From Vitrella brassicaformis CCMP3155 (taxonomy: Eukaryota > Protista > Chromerida), in the NCBI GenBank assembly GCA_001179505.1, contig CDMY01000291.1:1-64000 (forward strand): 64,000 nucleotides of DNA, written 5' to 3'. Below, piece by piece: positions 24,934-35,119 of the stretch. The notes under the pieces are model-generated. The model was not told the origin of the DNA. It made no database searches and saw only the letters and a program-made list of their open reading frames with translations. A program made the position numbers and the translations under genes. Every line of letters begins with the position of its first letter. Positions within the stretch are counted from its first letter, which is position 1.

Positions 24934-25612
24934 GTTTCTTGCGGCCTCGTCCAAGTTGTGCAAAAGAAACTGCACAGTGGTATTCTCCTCTCATCAAAGG
25001 TGGGTTTCATTGCCAATGTATGGCGAGGAAAATTCTGCAATTCGTCTTGTGGTGCTCACACAAAGACATCCCAGTACAGCCTACCATTCTCGCCTCATCG
25101 CATTCCTGCTGTAGACGACAGCACCGGTGCCTCCATGACCTCTCACAAGACCTCTTTCGTCACAAAGCCGCGCTCGGCCATTGATTTTTTGATGGGCCGC
25201 ATGCTCGTTTAACGGACCAATGTTTCTTGCGGCCTCGTCCAAGTTGGGCCAAACAAACTGCACAGTGGTATTCTCGTCTCATCAAAGGTGGATTTCATGC
25301 CCAATCCGCGGCGAGGAAAACTCTGCACTTCGTGTCTCGTGGTGCTCAAATCATGCTTCCAAAGACATCCTGCTACCGCCTCGCATTCCCGCCTCTTTGC
25401 ATTCCTTCTCTAGATAATGAAGTCGGTGCATCCGTGACCTCGAAGAGAGTCCCTTTCGCACCCTAACGGTGTCTGGTATAAGCCGCTCACAACACTCAGG
25501 GCCTCTTACTCGTTTAACCGACAGAATCCAGGAGCAGCCCTGTTCTTCTCTTCTCGCGTTTGTTGGCCAAACAAACTGCATGGTTGTGTTGTCTCTCTCA
25601 TCACAGGTAAAT
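24934..25612. repeat. Degenerate tandem repeat, ~290-305 bp unit, about 2.3 copies
   Basis: gtttcttgcggcctcgtccaagttg...aaactgcacagtggtattctc.tctcatcaaaggtgg at 24934 and 25222; partial third unit from ~25509. Confidence 0.85.
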
Positions 25613-25844
25613 CTTACTCCCGCTACATAACGAGAAGAGAGGAAAACGGCTCGTGTCCCATGGGAAACAGGCCGGCACAAAAACGATCGCTGTCAGACAC
25701 TCGGCCCTCTTTCTCTGTTTCCTTTGATCGATATCTGGAGCGGCTTGAAGCGACAAACAACACAGATCGGCTTACACAGATCGGCTTTCTCGTGAATGCT
25801 CTGAAAGGAAGAGATCAACGCAAGCTGGCAGCCCCTGCTCTCAG

Positions 25845-27602
25845 TCACCCATCATTACCGTACCCAAATCCGTGGGCCCGCCTGGCATCTGGGGATGCGA
25901 CATCTTGATAACTCGCCAGGGCTGAATTCGGAACTGATAAATGAATCGTTTCATAAGTCTGATTCCAACCAAACTGCCTGCCTTTCAGGAAGACGCTGCG
26001 CATGCAAATGTCTTTGATGACGGTGTTTCTTTGTTCGTCCAGCCCTCTCGCTAAAGAAGGGCTCTCCATGACCATCGATCGAAGGATTATATAGAGTCGC
26101 GTAGGCAAAATAGCGCATGATGGATGGATAAAACAATGTTTTATCTAGTGGCACTGGTGCTGCGCAGTCGCGTCACCTCTTCCACCAAGGCCTGGGAGGC
26201 ACAGTCGCCCACAATGTGGACAAGTGCGGCTGCAGCAGTAGCCTCACCTGGAGCTCCTGCACGGTGGCATCAATATGCCGGCTCCCGCCTGCTTCGTTGC
26301 TTTGGAAGGCTCTGTCGGACATCTCGAGCATCTGGAGGACCAACTTGCGCTGCAAAGCAAGAACGAACGAAAGGATGGCTCTGGGCATTGCTGTCTATCT
26401 TGCCCTTTCGCTTTGCAGGAATGCGATCTCACGATCCTTGGCTTCGAGCTCCTTCCTCGCGAAAGCCGAGTAGCACTGAAGTGACAGAGAGACACAGTGG
26501 TCAGTGCTGAGGAAGATCCTTGTTTTGACCTTGCCCCCCAATAAGGTGAAGAGCCTTTCCAGGACGGCCTGGTAGATGGCGAAACTGCTTGCAACCTTTT
26601 TGCTGCCATAGTCAAGCTGCAGAACGGACATGACGGCTTGGCATCCTGCATTTAGAGCGGACTTGCTTACCAGGGCAGGAACCGTCGGGAGGTGAGCTAT
26701 TGTATTTCCGACCAACTTGAGCCAACGCAAACCAACCTGTGCCGATGGACAAGAGACGAACATGTGAGACGACACATTCCTCTTGAGGTCTCTCACTTCA
26801 GCGGCTAGAAGGCCAGGCATGTTGCACAGGACGCACATGGAAAGGAAAATCGATTGTGAGTTCTCGCTTTTCGCAATCTCTCCCATCTTCGTCGACAGGA
26901 GGCCAGGACTTGGCATAATGCTGCTGATAACAGTCTCGCCGCACTCCCACAGGGTGAAGGTGAAGGCGTGGAGGTTCGTCTGGATCAGTTTGACGCAGCT
27001 TTGGTATGTGAGAGGGAGCGACAACTCATACAGATTCGGACCGCTCGGACTGCGAACACGGGGGCACGGAGACAGAAAGACAGGGAGGAAAATGCTGTGA
27101 ACTCAACAACTCTCACCTCTTGCTCATTTGGGTTGCTGCTTTCGTTTCAATTGCCTCTTCGCTGGTTGCTTTCGTCGCCACTGAGCAGCTGGAGACGCGC
27201 TTTGTGCATGGGGCATCTGACTCATACATAGGCACTCATCCCAGGCTGCACGTGGGTCCGTACATGCGACTGCTTACCGATGGACATTGAACTGTAGCTG
27301 GTTCCCTGACGATTCACGGTCCTTGCTTGAGTCGCTTGCGAGACACTCATCGAATCTTCATCTTCAATCATCAGCATTGGGGTTTCGTCCTTGAGTGCAA
27401 GAGGCTCTTCAGGCGGCTCAGCAATCCTGCGACAGATTTCCTCTGCCATTGACAGCAGGGGGCCTACCCACAGCCTTGATGCGGGCAGGTGTCTGCTTGT
27501 GCTCTTGAGGAAGGAGATGGTTCGGTGAGGGTTGAGGGGGAGGACGCGAGGCAACGTGGCATAAACCTTCAGCTCAAGAGGCTCCAGTCGAATTGTCAGC
27601 AT
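25845..27602 (-). CDS. Hypothetical multi-exon protein with a possible CS (p23/SGT1-like) domain start near the C-terminus
   Basis: Long coding-like exons at 27222-27602, 26395-27024, 26173-26388 and 25845-26108. FGWNQTYETIHLSVP resembles the CS lead-in W.Qt...v.i.vp. Confidence 0.45.
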
Positions 27603-27676
27603 GGTTCCTTTCCGAATCTGCTCCAAGCCTTGCAAGGCTGGGCAGCTCTCACCGGCCCCCACTTTCAAAATTAACT

Positions 27677-28409
27677 GGCCCGTATTCGGCCAGGCTGTCC
27701 CCCAGTCGATTCACATGGAAGGTTTCAGGGCCAAGAAGAAAACAAAGCTCTCATTCGCGCATACGTCTGGTGGTCTCATGCCGGCCAATCGAACACCGAA
27801 TGCGTCCGGGACGTAGCTCCGTGAAACGGTTGGAATTATGGCGGTGACGTTCATGGCTTTTCTTTAGCGCAGGAAAGCCAGAGGCCATTCAGCCCATCAG
27901 GTCGCGCATCTTTCTCTGCTTTACATGCTGCCAGAACAGCCAGCCCCCATCGTGTCTCACATTGCTGCTGGCCGGCCATTCAATCAGCCATTGAGTGGAA
28001 TCCCACAGTGATGTTGAGTACGGAGTGAAACTCAGGGGCACCGGCAAGGCAGAGACAGCTCATCTACAGGTAAAGCTGCGCTGACAGGCGGTCCGATACG
28101 GCACAGAAATTCCCCTTTTTGCAGACCGCTGAGGTTAATTTGTTGGGGTGTGGTGTGCCCTCAGTGAAGTGTTTTTGTCGGCTCGGTCTGCAGTGCCCTT
28201 TCGCACACACTGTACCTGGGCGCGAAGCATACATTACGGTCGACAGGAGACCATGCACCAATTCATCGTATAGAAACGAAGACGAGCCTGCAAGTCCGTG
28301 AGGGCAACCGGCGACAAACAAGCGGCCTAATTCGTTCTTTCAGTCGCTTTCCGGCTGGATAATATGTACTTATGCGCAGGGCAGTCTACAAATGCATACA
28401 GAACCGTTA
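27677..28409 (+). repeat. ~740 bp dispersed repeat, copy 2; carries an in-frame CCCH exon relic
   Basis: Colinear with 14079-14820. Positions 28165-28238 read KCFCRLGLQCPFAHTVPGREA after a splice-acceptor-like ccctcag. Confidence 0.9.
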
Positions 28410-28835
28410 CAAATACACACCCCAGGAGGTTACATGGCAAAATTCTGCCTCGAGCATGCTTTATGCAAAAGGCACGAGGGACATGGAAAACCGATATCTA
28501 ACTCTCTCTGATAAAACCAATATACAGACCCACATCCACTGATACACCTTCATAGCACGGCGGAAAACGCCTTTTTGTGGCTTGCAACGCCCTCTTTCAT
28601 CACATCTGGACAACACCCCACCCGTCCCTCTCCTTCCCCTTCTGTTTCTGTGGTTCATGAAAGCCGAACCTTCGACTGACACTCGCTTTGTTTTCTGGCG
28701 CCTGACACACGAATAATCCTGCTCGACTCGGAAATGGTATCTATCTGACCAGATGAACACAAAGCGTATGCATCGGAATGTTACTGCTCGATGGCCTCTG
28801 TTCACCTGGTTTGGCTTTGCTTGGATGTGGTAGGT

Positions 28836-29086
28836 TCAGTTGACTTGGTCCAGACACAGCCGCTCCACCACATGGGTTCCCAAGTGTTGGCTGCACAGCA
28901 CAGGGGAGGAAAGTTGGGACGACACATGCACTCGTGAAGTGCGTGTTGCTCTGCTTCCCCCCCTCTCACCTTGAGCTTGCCTCCCAAGTTAGCAAATAGA
29001 CCTCCTTGCGGTAAATCTCATTTCGCTTGATCTCTTCAAGCGCCGGGAGAAAGTCTCTGTCACCTAAACCACGCGCGCACACACAC

Positions 29087-29117
<31 letters not shown>

Positions 29118-30463
29118 GAGAGAGGTCACCAGCTAGAAGCACAATCGCGCTGATCTTGTCGTGTCTGGCCATCTTGAGCAACTGCACGTACAAAGAGATG
29201 TCACCACAGCGTAGGGCAATCTTTCTTTCTTACCTCGATGGTGATCTTGCAGTCTGCACCCGCCTGTGTCCCGTTCTCCTTCAAGCTGAACAACCAGCAC
29301 ATTCACATGACACACAAACGTGACGTTGCTCGGCCGTCGATGTGTTTCCTCACTCACTCTGCCTCCCACACTTCGAAGCACAACTCGTTCCGCAGGTGCT
29401 TGTGCAGCTGTCGGAGCGCCAGCTCCCTCTCCCTCGGCCGCAGATACCTGAAATGTTGATGTGCGTACATCAGTGGCCATGTGTTCCCTCCCCCTGCCCC
29501 CACCCCCGCAACCCAGCACGTTTTTCGCCTACTTGGGGTTGGTGCTGACGTACAGCGAGTGATACGTGGACACGCCAAACCCCCACCGCTCCTCAATGAG
29601 CCCGATGTAGCGCTCGATGTCTTTGATGCCCGGCAATGAGACGGACTTGAACGACTTGCACAAATACGCCCCATCGATGATGAGGGACGCATTGCCGCGC
29701 CAAGGCAACGCACGAGAGGGGCTCCCCGCCGAATCGAGGGCCGCTGGTACAGGACTACTCGTGATGGGAATCGACTGAGGCTGCGTGCTCTTCATGCTGA
29801 CGCACACACACACATCGATGTGACAGATATGCACGTGTTCGCGACACTGCGTGGTGCGTGGCTCACTCGACGGGCTGTAGTGTGGGCGTGGTGGCGTTGG
29901 AGCCGGCCCCAGTAGCACTAGCGCTGTAGGGCATGGGCTTGCCGTTGGCGCCACCTCTGCTCGACATACTGCTCGGACTATACGATCTGAACACACAGAG
30001 TCCTCATACGGCAGGTGAGCGTCAAGCTGCTCATCAGGGTGTGGTGTGCATCCTGTCCGCCTTACGCAGGCGTGGTGTCTTGTGGTTCCGTCGGAGTGTC
30101 GAACGTTGGTACTGCTGGCGGTGCGAATGCGTCCAAACTCTGCTGCGACCTGCAAGGTGAGATCACCAAACACCCACTTGAACGTGCGCGCCTTTTCCTG
30201 TCACGTGTGTGCCATTCGTTACCGCAATGCGTCGCGCTCCTGTGCAGTGTGCGCGAAAGGGCACTGTTGACCGAGCCGACAAAAGCCCTTCGCTGAAGCC
30301 CTCCACACACACAGCCCAAAAGAGTTGACCCGTGCAGCGGCCTGGCGTCGCTTTGCTTACCGATGTACTTGCACATAGTCGCCTTCTTGACCGGCCGCAT
30401 CCCCGCCCTTATCCCCAGTCCTCTTTCTGCCCGTTGCGTTGAGCCTATGGTGCCCGGCCTCAT
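28836..30463 (-). CDS. CCCH zinc finger plus NYN (LabA/DUF88-type) putative endoribonuclease, paralog 2
   Basis: KKATMCKYIAKGFCRLGQQCPFAH. NYN motifs: SLIIDGAY, YHSLYVSTN, QAGADCKITIE, IVLLAGD-RDFLPAL, EVYLLTWE and SQHLGTHVVERLCLDQVN*. Clearly paralogous to 3507-6062. Confidence 0.85.
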
Positions 30464-30562
30464 GGCTGCAAAAATCTACATCTACTCGCAGTGCTGCACA
30501 AGGTGTTGCTTTGTGCAGCAGTCCCTTTGCTTTTGCGACGGTCCCTCCTCTCAACCCTTTCT

Positions 30563-30587
30563 GCAGCGGTTTCATGGAGCACCCTAG
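30563..30587 (+). promoter_or_regulatory. Recurrent promoter motif, copy 3 (in the ~190 bp head-to-head gap between CCCH-NYN paralog 2 and the KH gene)
   Basis: gcagcggtttcatggagcaccctag, identical to 9660-9684. Confidence 0.6.
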
Positions 30588-30656
30588 GCGGTGCACTGCG
30601 AGCCTCCACGCGTCTCTGTTAAGGGAGGCGAGATACGCAGACTACAGATAGCAGGA

Positions 30657-33187
30657 ATGGCAGTACGGGTCAGGGTCGCCCTTGAAGGCAACTCAGAAAG
30701 CCTCAAGATGATGATGCTGGATCCTCAGTGGAGCGAGGAGGTGTGTAAGAGAAAGATTCTGGGGAAGCTGGGGATGCTGAAGGGAACGGACACCAAAGCC
30801 GATGATGCTATTGCAAGGTGAGAGCATCGCCATCGAAAAAGCACGAGAAAAAGAGCCTTCATCTTCGTCTGCGTGTGTGCTTCTGTGCAGATCTTCGGCA
30901 TTGCTTTGCAAAGGCGCAGAAATCGATGACCCGTCTGTGCTCCGTGAAGGTACGGCGCACGGAAAAGTTGTCCCGATTCTCTTTTTCAACTGCCTTGACT
31001 GTGTTCAGACGATGAACTGGTTGTTAAGATTGGCAACGCGGAGCCGCAAACATCACCATCATCCCGTGCGCGGGATGGCAAGAAACGCGAGCCATCTCCT
31101 GACTCGGACCTCTTCTCGGCAGTATGGGACAGATTTGCATCGCACCCGGGCAACGGGGCGCATACCTCTGACGTAAGCAGCACGCAACCCGCTTTGGATG
31201 GAGAAAGACTGTTTCGTGTGCTGTTCGACGAAGCCGACAATTCCGGAAGACCGACACAAGATTGACGTCAGTGTGCCCGTCGTGATGAAGGGCCCATCAA
31301 CTGTCTTGCCGGGCGTCCAATTGGCGAAGGAATACAGCTCCACACACGTAGGAGAGAAAGTAGGCTGCCAAACTGCTGTGCACTGCGGGTTCTTTCCTTT
31401 GCATTCATCTGTGCAGGTGCAGTCCCCTGCTAACAAGTCTGCTTCATGGAACGATGTTGCCGCGAGCTCACAAGGTACTGCAAAACAGACCGAGAAACAC
31501 CTGACTGTGCTTCGTGCGGTGTGGCATTTGCCCTCTCAGATAGTGGTACTCCGTCGTCTTCGAGACAGCAAGAGATCTGCACCTCGCAGAGCGGCTTCTG
31601 TCGTCTTGGCAACTCGTGTCCGATGAGAATCCGCCATGCTGACAAAATGTACGCAACACGAGACGCATGTAGACAGTTGTCACGATGAGTGCCCACAAGT
31701 GCTGCTCTCTTGTGTCCGTCAGGCCTCGCTCTGTGTCGCTGACTGATGGCCCCTCTGCCCCAGAAACGAGCACTGTGTACCAAGAGCTACGCGGCAAAGC
31801 ATACGGTGACAGATACGCAGACACATCTGCAAGGAACGATGTGTCTTGCGCGTGGGCCGCGACAGGTTTGGTGAGAGGCAAGAACGCTCAGAATCAGGAT
31901 CGAATCTCAGCCATCTTCAATGTCAAGCTGGAGATGACACCAGGTGGGCAATGCACACGCACCGGCATACCCATGCAGCTTCCCTTCCATCTGCATTCTT
32001 CTCCCTTGTGATGTGCAGGCGGCAACATCGAGGCTGGAAAGTACAGACTGAAAGGCACCAAGGAGAACATCGAACTCGCCCAGGTGAGTGAGGTGGGCAG
32101 CTTTCGAGGAAAGGAACAACAGTGAGTGCGGTGATGTGTTTTGTTGGGGCTGTCTGGGTGCCTTGCAGCGGTTCATCCATTGGTGGTGTCAGCTCGCCCA
32201 TCCCGCCGTGAAGGACGGCACACCGCAGTACACCCAAGCTGGTACACATACATATCATGTCCCTCCAATGCATTCAGGTCTGCTCAGATGTGCTTCGAAG
32301 TCGAGGTGATGTCGATGATCGAGTCCGTCCATCCTGGCTCCTATGACACGGGCGGGCATGACGTCGTAGCTCATGACGAAGGCGTTGCTGTGGAGTCGAT
32401 GCGCGTACCGGCGCATCATGCCAACACTCTGTTCGGTCCCGTGGGCAGTCGTCTGGCCAAGCTCAAGCGTGCGTCGGGGTGCATTCACGTCACGTGTATT
32501 GGCGGCGTAGCCGTCTTCATCGGTCAGTTGACACACAGGCAGACGCGCATTACCGCATAGCAAGTTGTTTGTTTGGTTTGTGCGTTCTGTTCAGGCTCCC
32601 GAGAAGAGCGGGTGCAAGCCAGGCTTTATCTCCAAGAGCAGAGTGACTTCCTCAGAGACCCAGCGGCATTCAAAGCTGATGGCAGAACGTGAGTGAAATG
32701 GAGAGGGAGGGGAACACGTGCACGGACATGAGCTTACTTGATCGGCTGCTGACTTCAGGTATGTCGAGGTTGTGGCCAGATCGCTGGCAACCTCTCAATT
32801 GCCCATCGAGAAGGACGAGCCGCTGCTCAGGCAGATCACAGCGATCGAAGCTGATACTTCAACGATGATCACATACCGCACCATGGAGTAGGCGACACCA
32901 ACATCTCAACGCACAAACGCAGCCTTCACGTATGCGGCTGCCTTGGCTTTGTGTGACCCAGACGGTGCGTCTTCTTCGTGATAGTGGGCCCCGAGGCTTT
33001 CAGTGCCAAGCAGCGTCTGCAGAAGCTTCTGGTGCAGACATTGGTCATGGGCTCTGTGAGCGCTCCCCCAGCCCCTCCGTTTCCTCCCCCTCGACTCGAG
33101 GCTCTTCGCTCTGCAACGAACACGGAAGAAGACAAGTCCCAGTCGCATGGCAGCGAGGAACACAAGCATCCACCGACCCATCGATGA
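30657..33187 (+). CDS. KHA/ubiquitin-like N-terminus plus variant CCCH plus 2-3 KH domains; possibly continuous with the downstream CCCH-NYN
   Basis: GAEIDDPSVLREDDELVVKIGNAEP (KHA/KCTD9-like); CTSQSGFCRLGNSCPMRIRH; GLVRGKNAQNQDRISAIFNVKL...YRLKGTKENIELAQ; VPAHHANTLFGPVGSRLAKLKRASGCIHV...FIGSREERVQARLYL; and a third degenerate KH-like segment. Confidence 0.7.
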
Positions 33188-33210
33188 ACTAACTGTCCGT
33201 GTGCATGCAG

Positions 33211-34738
33211 CGTGGATGCGCCTGACGCAGCAGCTGCATCGCCAGTCGGAAGCGCACTGAGCAAATCTACGAGACGAAAGTAAGACCGCAGATGGACAGA
33301 TGCGTGTGCATTTCGTCTTCTCTGTACCATTGTGTGCGCCGTGTTGTTGTGTGTGCGTAGGGACGTTGTCAAGAAGAAGAAGAAGCCGATTCCCTGCATC
33401 TATTACGCAAAAGGATACTGCAGGAACGGAGAGCTGTGCCGATTTGCCCACACCGTCACCCAGGCGAACAGCAAGGCCCAAGTCCCCAAGCCTCCCTTCA
33501 TCGACGACAAGGACCGTCAAAGGGCGGCCATGATCGTCGATGGCGCATGGGCAGCTCGGGCATTCAGGTCATCCAACGACCGCGCCATGACTCATGATGA
33601 TTTCGCCCGCATCATCGTGAGGAGGACGAAAGAAGAAGATCCGAACGCGGCTTTGTCTCTGCTTCACGTCTCTGTCTGTATGTCATCCTGACTTCGTCAG
33701 CGCGAGGCGGAGCTGTACCTGCCGCTCAACATCAAGAGAGAGCTGAGCAGCTACTTCAACGTTGATGCTGACGACTTCTTCCACGTACGCGTCAGCGATA
33801 CATGCATGAGGCTGGAAACCAATCTGTCGCTCTGTCTGTCTGTCCACGTTGTTTTCTGTCCTCTCAGAAGATACTCGGCGGTCTCCCGCCGGGCCTCTTG
33901 ATTCGCGATGGCTTGAAGAGCCTGCAAGAGGAGATTCCGAGAAAGAGTGGCATTCGTTTCGTCCAGTCCAAGTGAGCCCGTCACGATGCACCACACGCCC
34001 ATTTCATGCCACATCCTTTCCTTATCCCCTTCATCAGATTCAAGGAGCGACACGTGAGGTGTCCGTGCGGCCATGGGTTTCCGACGTTCGCGCAGAAGGG
34101 GACCGACATTTCGATCGCGCTCGAGATGATGAGCAAGGCCGCCAGCGAGAGCGTCGATGCCATCCTCTTTGTGGTAGGTGTCGTCCTCACGTGCGTGTGG
34201 GTGGGCACATTGCTGGTGGGGTGGGCTGAGTGTCACCATTCCTCGAGTGCTTCGTCCTTTGCAGGCGGGGGACATGGACTTTGCGCCAGTCATCGAGTTC
34301 GTGACCAAGCAGTTCAACAAGCCTGTGTATCTCATCGGGTGGGAGAAATGCCTCAGGTCAGTCACCCAGGCACTCTCATGACGCGCGACACTCTGCTCTC
34401 ATCTGTGCCCTCTGTGAGCCCCCCTCTGTGTGTGTGTGCATTCATATAGTTCTGACTTGTTGAAGCCGTGCGAGGGCTACCATTTCCTGCTGTCCAATGA
34501 CCTGCCTCTCCCAGCAAAGGCTGTATACCAGCAGAAGGCACCGGCGTCCCCCACCGCATCCCAGCCCACGGCGTCCGGCGAGAAAGCATCGTCACCTCTG
34601 TGCCAGCCAGGGGAGGCCAGTGCTTCCTCGCCGCGTTTGTCTGATGGGCCTGGCGGGGAGGAGGGTGGCGCTTCTGACGCCTCGCCCGAGGTGAGGGCTG
34701 GGAGCGTGGAGAGCTTGCCGAATTTGATAGATTTTTGA
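33211..34738 (+). CDS. CCCH zinc finger plus NYN (LabA/DUF88-type) putative endoribonuclease, paralog 3; no own start codon found
   Basis: PCIYYAKGYCRNGELCRFAH; AMIVDGAW; FKERHVRCPCGHGFPTFAQKGTDISIALEM; ILFV-AGDMDFAPVI; VYLIGWE; SSDLLKPCEGYHFL. The first visible exon begins at a splice acceptor (33210). Confidence 0.88.
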
Positions 34739-35057
34739 GTGATATGGTGCGTGTTGACGGCTGAGCCCTTCTCCTTTTCTTCGTAAAGCTTGCGTATTTG
34801 TGCCTTTATCCATCCATCGATAGATCTTTACGTCCAGCTGTCTATAGTAGGTTGTGTACTGTGTTGTGCATGTCGAAGGTGCATGTGATTGGGATGGGTA
34901 CACACTGTGCAAGACTTCACCAATTGGACTTCACGGATATGCTACCCTCCAATAATTGGAATTCGCCTCGTTATGTTTCACCTTACCCAATCTGATGCAA
35001 TTGAGGGATGAGTTCACGGCTGATGAGGGAATGTGTGCCGCGCCTTGAGCGATCGCG

Positions 35058-35081
35058 GCAGCGTTTCACGTGATACCCTGG
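35058..35081 (+). promoter_or_regulatory. Weaker copy of the recurrent promoter motif, ~40 bp upstream of the carrier ATG
   Basis: gcagcgtttcacgtgataccctgg versus the consensus gcagcggtttcatggagcaccctag. Confidence 0.35.
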
Positions 35082-35119
35082 CAGCACAAACCGCGAAGAA
35101 GAAGAAAGAAGCTGTTGGG

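Noticed and set aside
3507-34738. NYN/PIN genes as bacterial toxin-antitoxin modules or contamination, or as Regnase-1 orthologs
   Set aside because: All carry multiple spliceosomal introns with host-type microsatellites. Their motifs (DGAY, GxD, GDxDF) are LabA/DUF88-type rather than the Regnase PIN family.
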